Assembly: GCA_913009335.1 (NCBI GenBank)
Contig: CAJVXN010000003.1
Location: forward strand, 3,899 to 67,898
From: an uncultured bacterium
GTDB lineage: Bacteria; Omnitrophota; Gorgyraeia; Ghiorseimicrobiales; Ghiorseimicrobiaceae
Direction of reading: 5' to 3'
Length of the DNA: 64,000 nucleotides
Position 1 is the first letter of the stretch. Every line of letters starts with the position of its first letter. The position numbers were made by a program, and so were the translations under genes. The notes under the pieces were generated by a model. The model was not told where the DNA came from. It saw only the letters and a list, made by a program, of their open reading frames with translations, and did not search any database. Shown one piece after another: positions 30,802 through 41,661 of this stretch.

Positions 30802-31724
30802 ATTTTAATTTCCGGAGTCAAAACAATATTAAATTTATTTCTAACCTTCTTCTTGATAAACCGGATAAGCCGTAATACATCACCCGCTTTAGCATTGCCT
30901 TTATTTAAAATAAAATTAGCATGTTTCTCGGAAATACACGCATCCCCTATCATCTTACCTTTTAAGCCGCATAAATCGATAAGACGCCCCGCGCTTATAT
31001 TGCTTTTAGGATTTTTAAAGATACACCCTAAAGACGCAAAGCGTAAGTCCTGAGTACGCCTTCGATAAACCAGATACTCCTTAATGTCTTCTTTGATCTG
31101 TTTTTTGGTCTTTTTAATCAATTTAAAACGCGCGCTTAGAATTATGTATTTTGACAGGTTAGAACGGCGATATCCAAAGATTAAATCTTTTTTATTTATC
31201 CTGCGAATTATTCCCCTATATGTCATAACCGTAATATCTTCTAATAAATTCGCTATGTTCGCCAGGCGTAATTTATTACTTTTTCTCTCCCCCGGCGCCG
31301 CGGGAATTTTAAACGATATGCCCGCATTCATAGAAAGCGCTCCCCCGACCGTTGCCGGAATACCGCTTAAAAACTCTAATCCTCCCAAATCGCACGATGC
31401 GGCCTTTTTTATTAAGAAACTAAGCTTTACTCCCGCCCCGCAGTCAACTATCTGTTTCCCAAATTCTATCCTTTTAAATTCCTTGGCGTTAAGGTTTATT
31501 ACCATCACGTTTATTTTTTTCTTTGCCACCAATATATTACTACCTGCACCTATAATCAATACGGGGATCTTTTTGTCTCTTGCAACTTTTACAGCAGAAC
31601 ATAAATCATTAATACTATCCGGCTCAAACCAAATCCTGGCCCTGCCTCCTATCTTAAAAGTTGAACGCGATTTAAGCGATTCATCAAATTTAATTTTTCC
31701 CGACAATCTTGATAGATAATTCAT
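30792..31724 (-). CDS. murB: UDP-N-acetylenolpyruvoylglucosamine reductase
   Basis: TFKIGG, GAGSN, GIPATVGGALSMNAG, FKNP, SEKHANF. Confidence 0.95.
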   Translation of the reverse strand: MNYLSRLSGKIKFDESLKSRSTFKIGGRARIWFEPDSINDLCSAVKVARDKKIPVLIIGAGSNILVAKKKINVMVINLNAKEFKRIEFGKQIVDCGAGVKLSFLIKKAASCDLGGLEFLSGIPATVGGALSMNAGISFKIPAAPGERKSNKLRLANIANLLEDITVMTYRGIIRRINKKDLIFGYRRSNLSKYIILSARFKLIKKTKKQIKEDIKEYLVYRRRTQDLRFASLGCIFKNPKSNISAGRLIDLCGLKGKMIGDACISEKHANFILNKGNAKAGDVLRLIRFIKKKVRNKFNIVLTPEIKIWN

Positions 31725-33102
31725 CTGTTAATTTTCCTATATCCCCAGCGCCCAGAGTTATTATTATATCTCCGTGGGATATGATATTTAAAATTCTACT
31801 GACCACCTTATCTTTACGTACGAACTCTATATTTTTCTCTCGCCTTTTTTTTATTTTATCACATAAAACCTCAGCACTTATCCCCTCTATGGGAGCTTCC
31901 CCGGCTGCGTATATGTCAGTGATAATAAGGTGGTCCACATCGCTAAAGCTTTGGGCGAATTCATCCAAAAGATGCTTGGTGCGGCTATAACGGTGCGGTT
32001 GAAATACGGCAATAACTCTCTTATAACCGGTAGCTATGCCCTTGCTAGAATTCCTAAGGCTACTTCCGTTTAGAAGGGGCGCTAATGCAGCTAGGGTCGC
32101 CTTTATCTCCGTAGGATGATGCGCGTAATCATCGATTATTATATATTTATCAGATTTTGCCTTCACCTGAAACCTTCTCTTAATGCCGCGATAATTAAGC
32201 AGGCTTTCGTAAATTACTTTTTTATCTATGCCTAGTTCCAAGCCCAGCGCGATAACGCTCAACGAATTCGATACATTATGCAGTCCCGGAACAGAAAGCT
32301 TAAAATTCCCCACTCGCTTTGCGTTATATATACAATTAAAGCTAGAGCTAAAATATTCCAGGGATACCTTATCGGCGGTAATATCACAACTACTGCCAAA
32401 ACCAAAGGTTATGCTGCGTCTTTTTAGACCATCTAAAATCTTTTTTATATTGACATCATCACCGCATCCGATAATGCATCCGCCCTCTTTAGTTTTTGCG
32501 GCAAATTCAGCGAAACTATCAATCACACGGGAATAATTTTTATAAAAATCCAAATGCTCCGAATCAATATTTGTAATAATGGAATAATCCGGCGCATACT
32601 TTAAAAACGTTCCGTCACTTTCATCGGCTTCTGCTACAAAATATTTACTCGCACCGAGATAAATATTATTATCCCAATTATTTACTATGCCCCCGATAAC
32701 AGCAGTAGGTTCAAAACCCGCGCTTGCCAACATATAAGAAGCAAGCGAAGAAGTAGTTGTCTTTCCGTGAGAACCGACAACTACTATCGAGAAGGTACCC
32801 TTCATCAACTCGGCAAGACATTCCGCCCTCTCTATCACATTAATACCAAGGCCCCTTGCTGTTCTTAATTCTGCATTATCAGCATTAATCGCCGAAGAAT
32901 AAACAACTAAATCAGCGCCACGGATATTTTCAGAATTATGTCCCAGATATATTCTAATCCCCTGATTTTTAAGTGAATCCGTTATACGCGATTTTTTTAT
33001 ATCAGAACCGCTAACAATTATACCTTTACTGCGCAAGATAGAAGCAATCCCGCTCATGCCGATTCCGCCTATACCGATAAAATGTATATGTTTATAATCC
33101 AT
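31690..33102 (-). CDS. murC: UDP-MurNAc-L-alanine ligase
   Basis: GIGGIGMS, GSHGKTTT, EADESD, DDYAHHP, FQPHRYSR. Confidence 0.96.
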   Translation of the reverse strand: MDYKHIHFIGIGGIGMSGIASILRSKGIIVSGSDIKKSRITDSLKNQGIRIYLGHNSENIRGADLVVYSSAINADNAELRTARGLGINVIERAECLAELMKGTFSIVVVGSHGKTTTSSLASYMLASAGFEPTAVIGGIVNNWDNNIYLGASKYFVAEADESDGTFLKYAPDYSIITNIDSEHLDFYKNYSRVIDSFAEFAAKTKEGGCIIGCGDDVNIKKILDGLKRRSITFGFGSSCDITADKVSLEYFSSSFNCIYNAKRVGNFKLSVPGLHNVSNSLSVIALGLELGIDKKVIYESLLNYRGIKRRFQVKAKSDKYIIIDDYAHHPTEIKATLAALAPLLNGSSLRNSSKGIATGYKRVIAVFQPHRYSRTKHLLDEFAQSFSDVDHLIITDIYAAGEAPIEGISAEVLCDKIKKRREKNIEFVRKDKVVSRILNIISHGDIIITLGAGDIGKLTDELSIKIVGKN

Positions 33103-33181
33103 AATAAAGTATCGAAATGAAAGATTTTAAACTTTACTACTCTGACACTAACGAGCGCAGCGAGTGATGACACTCTGACAC

Positions 33182-33967
33182 TTATTCTTTCAGATATTTC
33201 ACCCACTTCTTATTTAAAGCTTCAAGGTCCCGGCAATGGAAGCGCCAGAGAGCAGATTTAAAATCATCACCGTCTCTTAAATCACGGCAGAACCAACCGA
33301 ATATTCCCCTGCCGTACTTTGAGATTATAAAATTAACCACACTCACTGATTCGGCATAAAAAAGCTCTACCTGTTTACGGTCAGTAACCTTGCGCACATC
33401 CATCTTGGTTAATTCCTCAAGCCCTATAAAACTCTCCATTTTTAATGCTCGCTTAACAACCCTGTCTGCCGCGATCCTTTTTGTTCTTTCCTGATAAGAA
33501 GCTACTCCTTCATCTAGCCAGAGAGGAATACGCGTATCGTTTCCAACAAATTCGCGAAAAATAATATGCCCTAATTCATGCGGCAAGAGAGAATCAAAAA
33601 ATCCGGCCATCTGAGGATAGGTCTTGATTATTTTTTGCTGATAGTGCACTACTCCGCCGCTCCATTGCGGCTGATTAGTAGTATTAATAAAATCATCTTT
33701 ATCATCGTATATATAAATTTTCGCCCTATTATCCCAAATCCAGAAATCATACCTGGTAAAACCCAAATTCTGAGTTATCTTGATATAGTGCCGCTCAGCC
33801 TCATCAATTATCTCTTCTATAAAATCATTAGGTACATCTTGAAAATAAACAATAAAATGCTCGCTTTTTTTCTGGCGCCACTTCTTCTCTTTTGCTGAAA
33901 CATCATGCGAGACAACACACAAAGCAAAAAATAGCACAATAAATGCTACAAAAAACTTATATTTCAT
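33182..33967 (-). CDS. Secreted peptidase MA-like (gluzincin) protein
   Basis: Signal peptide, HELGH, PLWLDEGVA, FYAES. Confidence 0.8.
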   Translation of the reverse strand: MKYKFFVAFIVLFFALCVVSHDVSAKEKKWRQKKSEHFIVYFQDVPNDFIEEIIDEAERHYIKITQNLGFTRYDFWIWDNRAKIYIYDDKDDFINTTNQPQWSGGVVHYQQKIIKTYPQMAGFFDSLLPHELGHIIFREFVGNDTRIPLWLDEGVASYQERTKRIAADRVVKRALKMESFIGLEELTKMDVRKVTDRKQVELFYAESVSVVNFIISKYGRGIFGWFCRDLRDGDDFKSALWRFHCRDLEALNKKWVKYLKE

Positions 33968-35111
33968 TTGGATTCCTTTTTTTAACAAGCATTAATAATT
34001 CATCAGCCAGCCTATTAACGGCTAGAAGAATATTATTATTGTCCAAATCGCGCCCTTCCTTATTACCTGTCTTACTTCGCGTAAATCCTTCCCGAAGCGC
34101 ATCAAGCTTTACAGGATCATTGATAAAATCAACTATATAGCTGCCTAAATTACGGCTATTTAAATTTTTCTCTTCAATCATGAGCGCCTGATTACGCCCG
34201 ACTAGAACTTTCGCATTCGCAAGCTGATGGGCTCCGGCATAAGGATAAGGTATTAAAATAGCCGGCAGCTTAAAATAAGAGATTTCCGAAATCGTTGATG
34301 CCCCTGCCCGGGATATTAATATATCTGCCGCGCTAAACATATAAGAGATTTGATCGGAAAAACCAACTACCTTATTTTTAAAACCCATTTTCGCGTAAGT
34401 TCGCCGCGCTAATTCAAGATCCCTTTGACCGGTAATATGTATAACCTGCAATTTATCATTTTCTATTTGCCCTAATGCCTCTATAAATTTTTCATTTATA
34501 TTATGAGCGCCGGCTGTCCCCCCCATAACTAAAACAGTAAATAATTCACTATCTAACCCCAAATATTCTAAAGCTTTTTTTTTATCCATACGCTTCATCT
34601 GCGGGCGGATAGGATTACCTACTAATACTGTTTTCTTACCTGTGCCCGAATGGGTAAGTGCGGCGAATTTTTTTGTTTCTTCAAAGCTTACCAGTACCTT
34701 TTTTACAAAATAAGATAAGAGGCGGTTCGCGCGCCCCATGGAGACATTCTGCTCATGGATAGCTGCCGGGATTCTTAATATACAGGCTGCCATAACCAGA
34801 GGAAAAGAAGCATAACCCCCAAAACCTATAACAACCTGCGGCTTCTCAAGACGCAAGATATTAAAGCAACTCCCCATTGCCTTAAACAATCTAAATATGC
34901 TCCTAATAAAAGTCATAATAGAATGCGTGTTGATTTTACAATTTGCTATAACATATGTAAGAATATTTTCTTTGGCTAAATTTTCTTTTAATTCCTCATT
35001 GGGGCTAACCAGTAAAATATCGTGAAGTTTTTTTGTCTTTAGATGCAAAATCAGACTAAGGGCCGGATTGATATGCCCGTATGTCCCGCCTGCTGTAACT
35101 ATCACTTTCAT
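33957..35111 (-). CDS. murG: MurG glycosyltransferase
   Basis: GGTYGH, GFGGY, HEQN, GNPIR, RAGAST, HQLANA. Confidence 0.95.
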   Translation of the reverse strand: MKVIVTAGGTYGHINPALSLILHLKTKKLHDILLVSPNEELKENLAKENILTYVIANCKINTHSIMTFIRSIFRLFKAMGSCFNILRLEKPQVVIGFGGYASFPLVMAACILRIPAAIHEQNVSMGRANRLLSYFVKKVLVSFEETKKFAALTHSGTGKKTVLVGNPIRPQMKRMDKKKALEYLGLDSELFTVLVMGGTAGAHNINEKFIEALGQIENDKLQVIHITGQRDLELARRTYAKMGFKNKVVGFSDQISYMFSAADILISRAGASTISEISYFKLPAILIPYPYAGAHQLANAKVLVGRNQALMIEEKNLNSRNLGSYIVDFINDPVKLDALREGFTRSKTGNKEGRDLDNNNILLAVNRLADELLMLVKKRNPNEI

Positions 35112-35144
35112 TTTAATTTACCAGCTCCTGGAAAATAACTCTTC

Positions 35145-36242
35145 TTAACTAATCGCAGCCGTCGCATCATTTGCCCTGGAAATATTCAACAGCAGTCCAA
35201 CACAAATCATATCAATTACTAAGGCGGTACCGCCATAACTTATGAAAGGCAAAGGCAATCCCTTTGTCGGTAAAAAACCTATTGAGACCCCTATATTTAT
35301 ACAGGCCTTTAGCGCGATCATAGAAATGATACCCAGACTTAAAAATTTTCCGAAAATATCATTAGCATAGCGAGAAATCAAAGATGTCTGCCAGATAAAA
35401 GCAATAAAAAGTACGATAATCAGAAGTGTGCCTAATAAGCCCAACTCTTCTCCGATTATGGAAAATATAAAATCGGTGTGCGCGGCGGGAAGATAGAATA
35501 ACTTCTGCCTGCTTTGGCCGATACCCAAACCAAAGAGGCCGCCTGAACCCAAAGCAATCTGGGATTGAATAATTTGAAACCCGCTACCTCTAGGATCCAG
35601 CCAGGGATTAAGAAAGGCTAAAATCCTTGCTTTACGATAAGGAACGTTAAATATTAAGAAATGAAGCGCGGGCAGTGCCGACAAAATGCAGAACCCTAGA
35701 TTTGAAAGCCTCACCCCTGCGACAAATAGCATAATAAAGGCAATAGCTATTAAACTCACAGTGCCCCCTAAATCCGGCTGCATTAATATTAAAGACGCCA
35801 TCGCCGCTAAAGCTATCATCGGAGGTAAAAACCCCCGCCAAAAATTATGTATTAAATTTTTATTGCGGGAAATAAAATCCGCTAAATAAACAATCAAGCC
35901 TACCTGCGCTAATTCCGAAGGTTGAAAACTAAAACCAAATATCCGAAACCAACGCCTGGCACCCCCTATCTCTTTACCCACTACTAAAACCAGAATAAGT
36001 AAAAATAAAGAAATACCAAAAATAATCTTGGCGTATTTTTGCAAGATCCGATAATCAAAGGCCATAGCAATAAGCGCAAGAATAAACCCAATACCTAAAT
36101 ATAAAATCTGCTTCTTTAAATAAAAATTTGAATCCCCCAGTTTCTCCCATACATAGATAGAAGACGCGCTGTAAATCATAACTACACCGATACAAATCAA
36201 TATAAACGTTATGAGAAATATCGATATTCGTATGTTGCGCAT
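35145..36242 (-). CDS. ftsW: FtsW
   Basis: GARRW, QPSE, QPDLG, LPAAHTDF, LPFISYGG. Confidence 0.95.
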   Translation of the reverse strand: MRNIRISIFLITFILICIGVVMIYSASSIYVWEKLGDSNFYLKKQILYLGIGFILALIAMAFDYRILQKYAKIIFGISLFLLILVLVVGKEIGGARRWFRIFGFSFQPSELAQVGLIVYLADFISRNKNLIHNFWRGFLPPMIALAAMASLILMQPDLGGTVSLIAIAFIMLFVAGVRLSNLGFCILSALPALHFLIFNVPYRKARILAFLNPWLDPRGSGFQIIQSQIALGSGGLFGLGIGQSRQKLFYLPAAHTDFIFSIIGEELGLLGTLLIIVLFIAFIWQTSLISRYANDIFGKFLSLGIISMIALKACINIGVSIGFLPTKGLPLPFISYGGTALVIDMICVGLLLNISRANDATAAIS

Positions 36243-36284
36243 ACTTATTCTTTTATAAGGCATTGCAATCTCTTAGTTAGCTAA

Positions 36285-37553
36285 TTAGTCCTGTTTCTTT
36301 TTTAGCTGTTTAACTTCTTCTCTAAAAACATTCCCTCTTTGTTCAAAATCGCTAAACATATCAAAGCTTGCGCACATAGGCGAAAGCAAAACACAATCCG
36401 CCTCAAGACTCATGTTGAAGGCCGCATAAACTGCCTTTTTAAGATTTTCGCATTCAATAATCGGCACAATACCTTTATAAGCTTTTTTTATTTTATTCTT
36501 TGCCTCGCCTATCAAAATTAAAACCTTTACCTTGCGCCGCACTAAATCTTTTATACTTTTAAAATCTACCCCTTTATCTTGCCCCCCGGCGATTAAGATT
36601 ACCGGACTATAAATCCTATTTAACGCCCAGGTAGTTGATACGACTGTTGTAGCTTTAGAATCATTAATAAAGCTGACCCCCTCAATCTTATCTATAAATT
36701 CCATACGATGCTCAAGACCCTTAAAATTTTCCAGCGCCTTTAAACAATCAGCTTTAGTTATACCGAATATCTTACCCACGCTTACTGCTGCCGCGTAATT
36801 AGCGTCTAAATTTTTATCATCAGCTGCGAAAAATTTCACCCTGGATTTAACCTCTTTAGCAAGCCTTGCGACTATTGCGTCATTTTTATTAAAAACCGCG
36901 AAATCATTTTTATCTTGATTTAAAAATATACGCTTTTTAGCTTTTAAATAATCATCTAAATCTTTATGACGGTTGAGATGATTAGGGCTAAAATTTAATA
37001 TAACGCAAACCTTCGGCTTAAAATTAAAACAGGCCTCCAACTGAAACGAACTGATCTCTAAAACTACCAAATCACCCTTTTTAACTTTTGCCACTTCTTG
37101 TGAAAAAGGCTTACCGATATTTCCGCAGACATAAGCCTTCTTTGAATTACTGTTTAAAACATGCCCCACCAAAGTAGTAGTGGTAGATTTTCCGCTGGTT
37201 CCCGTAATCGCCACAATCGCAGCGGGACAAACCTGCGAGGCTAACTCAATCTCACTGATTACGGGGATATTTTCAGCGCGCGCCCAATTAAGACACGCCG
37301 CGGTAAGTAAGACTCCGGGGCTTACAACAACTAAATCACAACGCCTGAATAACTCTCTTGAATGCCCGCCTAATTCTACGTCTATTCCTAACCTTTTTAA
37401 TTGCCTGCTATTTTTTCGTATCTCTTTAGTGTCCTTAGAATCACTAACTAATACTTTAGCGCCTAAATCTCTAAGAAGCTTTGCCGCGGATATTCCGCTT
37501 CTTGCTGCCCCCACAACAACTGCTCTTTTGTTTTTAAAATTTGTATTCTTCAT
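36285..37553 (-). CDS. murD: MurD ligase
   Basis: SPGV, TGTSGKSTT, EISSFQL, HRME, NDSKAT, SPMCASFD. Confidence 0.95.
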   Translation of the reverse strand: MKNTNFKNKRAVVVGAARSGISAAKLLRDLGAKVLVSDSKDTKEIRKNSRQLKRLGIDVELGGHSRELFRRCDLVVVSPGVLLTAACLNWARAENIPVISEIELASQVCPAAIVAITGTSGKSTTTTLVGHVLNSNSKKAYVCGNIGKPFSQEVAKVKKGDLVVLEISSFQLEACFNFKPKVCVILNFSPNHLNRHKDLDDYLKAKKRIFLNQDKNDFAVFNKNDAIVARLAKEVKSRVKFFAADDKNLDANYAAAVSVGKIFGITKADCLKALENFKGLEHRMEFIDKIEGVSFINDSKATTVVSTTWALNRIYSPVILIAGGQDKGVDFKSIKDLVRRKVKVLILIGEAKNKIKKAYKGIVPIIECENLKKAVYAAFNMSLEADCVLLSPMCASFDMFSDFEQRGNVFREEVKQLKKKQD

Positions 37554-37575
37554 TTTTAATACCAAGTTTCTCTTA

Positions 37576-38664
37576 CTACCTTAACTTAAGCGTGATTAGA
37601 GCAAAAATAAGAAATATTATACTTACAATCCAAAAACGGATAATTATCTTAGACTCCTTCCACCCCAACATCTGAAAATGATGATGCAAAGGAGACATCT
37701 TAAAAATTCTCTTACCGGTTGCCTTAAACCAGATTACCTGAATTATCACAGATAAAACCTCAATAACAAATACCCCGCCTACAAAAATCAAAAGTAATTC
37801 TTTCTTTGTAAGTATGGCTATTGTTCCGATCATACCCCCTAAGGCAAGTGAACCCGTATCACCCATAAAAATATTTGCCGGGTGACAATTAAACCATAAA
37901 AACCCTAAGGCTGCCCCTAATATCGCGGCACAGAAAACAGTAAGTTCTGCCGCCTGAGGTATATGAGAGATTAAAAGGTATTTGCTAAAAACCGCATGCC
38001 CGACAATATAGCTTAAGATAAAATAACAAATTGTCACCATAGTAACGGTGCCTATAGCAAGGCCGTCTAGGCCATCAGTGATATTTACGGCGTTAGAAGT
38101 GGCTACAATCACCAGAATAATAAAAAAGATATAGAAAAACCCTAAATCAATAACTACCTTCTTAAAAAACGGAACATCTAAAACAGTTGAGAATGTACCG
38201 TCAAAAAATAGTATTATCCCTATTATTCCCCCTAAAACTATCTGCCAGAATAATTTTGTCTTACCGGATAAACCCTTGGAGCGGCACTTGGCCAGCTTTA
38301 TATAATCATCGCGAAATCCTAAAGCAGCAAGCCATAACGCGCTCAATAAAGAAATCAAGATATAGCTATTTGCTAAATCCGCCCAGAGTAAAACTGAAAT
38401 ACTAATAGCAAATACTATAAGCAAACCTCCCATTGTGGGCGTACCCTGCTTATGAGGCTGCATTTTATAAAGTGCCAAGCATTCTTCCTTACGAATATTC
38501 TCGCAGACCTTAAGTGAGGCCAACTTTTTTATAATATAAGGCCCAAATATAACACAGACCAAAAAAGAGGTTACTGCCGACATCCCCGCGCGAAAAGTAA
38601 TATAGCGGAAAATATTAAAAGCAGAAAAAACATCCTTCAAAGGGTAAAGAAAATGATAAAACAT
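37576..38664 (-). CDS. mraY: MraY translocase
   Basis: GTPTMGG, DDY, NITDGLDGL, FMGDTGS, PLHHHF. Confidence 0.96.
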   Translation of the reverse strand: MFYHFLYPLKDVFSAFNIFRYITFRAGMSAVTSFLVCVIFGPYIIKKLASLKVCENIRKEECLALYKMQPHKQGTPTMGGLLIVFAISISVLLWADLANSYILISLLSALWLAALGFRDDYIKLAKCRSKGLSGKTKLFWQIVLGGIIGIILFFDGTFSTVLDVPFFKKVVIDLGFFYIFFIILVIVATSNAVNITDGLDGLAIGTVTMVTICYFILSYIVGHAVFSKYLLISHIPQAAELTVFCAAILGAALGFLWFNCHPANIFMGDTGSLALGGMIGTIAILTKKELLLIFVGGVFVIEVLSVIIQVIWFKATGKRIFKMSPLHHHFQMLGWKESKIIIRFWIVSIIFLIFALITLKLR

Positions 38665-40151
38665 TATAAGTCCTCTATTATCTCCTCCATGCGCATACCA
38701 CGGGAGCCCTTAACCAACACCAAGTCATCATCCCTAAGCAAATTAAGAAGTATACCCCTCGCTTCTAAGGTACACCCGCAGGAGTAAACTTTTAAATTGC
38801 TTCGTTTTTTGGTTTTTATAGCATCTGCCGCATGATGCGATAAAGGGCCGACGGTAATCAGTGTATCTATTCCGGATTTAATTATTTTTTTAGCAATTTC
38901 ACGATGCAGCATAACGCTTCTTTTGCCTAACTCCAGCATATCACCCATGACAAATACCTTTTTTCCTTTGGTATCAAACTCACTTAATGTTTGTATCGCA
39001 TACTCAAGCGATAAAGGATTGGAATTATAAGTATCATCGATTACGTGATACCCCCTGATCTTCTTAAGGCTTATACGTGTAGACGGCATAATAAAAGCGG
39101 ATAATTTATTTTTTATATCTTTATAATTCAACCCGAAAATAACGCCGCAGGAAATCGCGGCTAAGACATTATAAGCATTCTGCCTACCTAAAACATTAAT
39201 CTTAAATCTATGTTTTTTATTTAAGCTAAACTCTAAAACCCCTCTCGCGCATTCAATATTCGTTGCCGTGAAATCACAGGTCTTCTTTAGGCCAAACGTA
39301 AATAAATTTAGGTCCTTACTAGTCTTGGCTTTTTTTCTAAGGCGCATATCATCGCCGTTTAATATTGCGATAAACGGATGCTTTAGATTTTTTACTAAAT
39401 CATATTTTTCATTACAAATAGAATCAATGGTTTTAAAAAATTCAAGATGCGAATAACCGACATTAGTAATTATTCCTATACTGGGTGCTACTATCTCGGC
39501 AAGCCTTTTGATCTCACCGAAATTACTCGTGCCCATTTCAACAAGAGCAATATCAACTTCCTTATTTAACCCCAGCAGTGTATGAGACACCCCTATTGAA
39601 TTATTAAAAGTCCCTTTATTTTTTAATACGTTAAACTTTGCCGATAAAACATCTGCGACCATCTCCTTTGTAGTAGTCTTTCCGCAGGAACCTGTAATCC
39701 CCACGACAGGAATTTTAAAACGCCTGCGATGAAACGCGGCAAGATTACATAAGGCTCCAATAGCATCATCTGTACGTATAAAGCTTACACTCGCGCAATC
39801 CTTGAGCGATAAGTTATCTTTATTAATGCGGGATGCTCCCTGGGAAGCATCAAACCGAAAATCACTTTCAACTATTATAGCTTGCGCGCCTTTAACTATT
39901 GCCTGATTTATAAAATTATGTCCGTCGAAATTCTTACCGCGAATAGCAATAAATAAATTACCTCTAGATAATGTACGGGTATCGGTTGATACACCCGATA
40001 CGGATAAATCATCACTCCCCGCAATAAGCTTACCATTCGTTGCCCGGATTATCTCAAAAACGCTAAATTGAGGAATAGACGGCCTTAAGCATTCATCCTG
40101 ACGCTTAATGATAACCTTTTTCTTGGATTTATTTTCTATCTCTCTCTTCAT
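38664..40151 (-). CDS. murF: MurF ligase
   Basis: DTRT, DGHNF, TGSCGKTTTKE, DDTYNSNP, VKGSRG. Confidence 0.95.
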   Translation of the reverse strand: MKREIENKSKKKVIIKRQDECLRPSIPQFSVFEIIRATNGKLIAGSDDLSVSGVSTDTRTLSRGNLFIAIRGKNFDGHNFINQAIVKGAQAIIVESDFRFDASQGASRINKDNLSLKDCASVSFIRTDDAIGALCNLAAFHRRRFKIPVVGITGSCGKTTTKEMVADVLSAKFNVLKNKGTFNNSIGVSHTLLGLNKEVDIALVEMGTSNFGEIKRLAEIVAPSIGIITNVGYSHLEFFKTIDSICNEKYDLVKNLKHPFIAILNGDDMRLRKKAKTSKDLNLFTFGLKKTCDFTATNIECARGVLEFSLNKKHRFKINVLGRQNAYNVLAAISCGVIFGLNYKDIKNKLSAFIMPSTRISLKKIRGYHVIDDTYNSNPLSLEYAIQTLSEFDTKGKKVFVMGDMLELGKRSVMLHREIAKKIIKSGIDTLITVGPLSHHAADAIKTKKRSNLKVYSCGCTLEARGILLNLLRDDDLVLVKGSRGMRMEEIIEDL

Positions 40152-40166
40152 TATTAACTCACTAAA

Positions 40167-41633
40167 CTACTCTATATTGAATTTTTTATCCAGTATATTC
40201 TTAGCTGTCTTTCTATCATCAAAATGGATTTTTTTATTTTTTAATATCTGGTATTGTTCATGGCCCTTGCCGGCAATAAGAACGATATCCCCTTCTTCTG
40301 CCAGTGATAATGCCTTCGTGATGGCAGAATAACGCTCAAGGATAATATCACACTTATCCTTATTCTTAATCCCGGATAATATATCTTTTATTATACCCTG
40401 AGGGTTTTCATTCCGGGGATTATCCGATGTTATGATTACACTATCAGCCATATCCTCTGCGATACGCCCCATCTTGGCTCTTTTAGTAGTATCCCTATTG
40501 CCCCCGCATCCAAAAACAAGAATAAGCCTATTTTGTTTTATCTTTCCAAGCGTGGCTAAAACATTTTGTAGGGCATTTTCCGTATGGGCGTAATCAATAA
40601 ATACGCTAAAAGGATAATCTCCCTTAATTCTCTCTAGCCTTCCAGGAACTCCTTCTAAATTAGATATACCGGCAATTATATCTTCTGAGGCTATGTTTTC
40701 GCAAAACCCTACTGCGAACGCGGCAAGTATATTATAAACATTATGCCTGCCAATAAGACTTGCCCTGATTTTAAATTTAGCGTTTGAAGCTACAATATTA
40801 AATGTCATTCCCTCTGAGTCAAAATTTAAATCTTCTGCGCGGATATCAGAAGGTGTATCTATTGAATAAGTAATAATATTAGCCTGGGCTACCTTTATTA
40901 ATTTTTGTCCGTATTCATCATCAATATTTATCACAGCATGCGCATCTTTATTAAGTATTTTAAAAAGTTTTTTCTTTGCTGCGAAATAAGACATCTTATC
41001 CTTATGATAATCTAAGTGGTCGGAGGATAAATTTGTAAATATGGCATACTTAAAATTAATGCCTCCGACTCTTTCCTGTTCCAATGAATGACTGGAAACC
41101 TCTAAAACGCAATGACTCACATTGCTTTTTTTCATATCAGAAAGTATCTTTTGTAAAAATAAAGAACTAGGTGTTGTATTATTTGCTTTGATAACTTTAT
41201 CGTTAAAACGGTAATTTATTGTGCCAATTACTCCGGTATTGATATTTACCTGCTTAAAAATACTTTCCAGAATATAAGTTATTGTAGTCTTTCCGTTTGT
41301 TCCGGTTACTCCGATGCAATTTAATTGTTCTGACGGTGAGCCGTAAAATTCTACTGCCGCGCGAGAAAGGCTAACGCGCGCATCCTTCACATAAATTAAT
41401 GTTTTATTGATATTTTTTATTTTTTTATCACTTGATACGACTATTGCTTGAGCTCCTTTTTTTATTGCTTCTTCTATGAAATCACTTCCGTCAAGAGACT
41501 CACCCGTTATTGCAAAAAATAAAAAACCAAGACGTACATCTTTAGAATTATCCGTTATACCTCTTAGCGTAAAATCAGTTAGATTATCAATGTTGTCTGG
41601 TTTTATGTTTTTTATAATACGGGATAATTTCAT
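40167..41633 (-). CDS. murE: MurE ligase (meso-DAP type)
   Basis: TGTNGKTT, EVSSH, DHLDYH, DYAHT, DNPR, AGKGHE. Confidence 0.95.
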   Translation of the reverse strand: MKLSRIIKNIKPDNIDNLTDFTLRGITDNSKDVRLGFLFFAITGESLDGSDFIEEAIKKGAQAIVVSSDKKIKNINKTLIYVKDARVSLSRAAVEFYGSPSEQLNCIGVTGTNGKTTITYILESIFKQVNINTGVIGTINYRFNDKVIKANNTTPSSLFLQKILSDMKKSNVSHCVLEVSSHSLEQERVGGINFKYAIFTNLSSDHLDYHKDKMSYFAAKKKLFKILNKDAHAVINIDDEYGQKLIKVAQANIITYSIDTPSDIRAEDLNFDSEGMTFNIVASNAKFKIRASLIGRHNVYNILAAFAVGFCENIASEDIIAGISNLEGVPGRLERIKGDYPFSVFIDYAHTENALQNVLATLGKIKQNRLILVFGCGGNRDTTKRAKMGRIAEDMADSVIITSDNPRNENPQGIIKDILSGIKNKDKCDIILERYSAITKALSLAEEGDIVLIAGKGHEQYQILKNKKIHFDDRKTAKNILDKKFNIE

Positions 41634-41661
41634 AATAATGATAATTTTAGATTTAAAAAAC

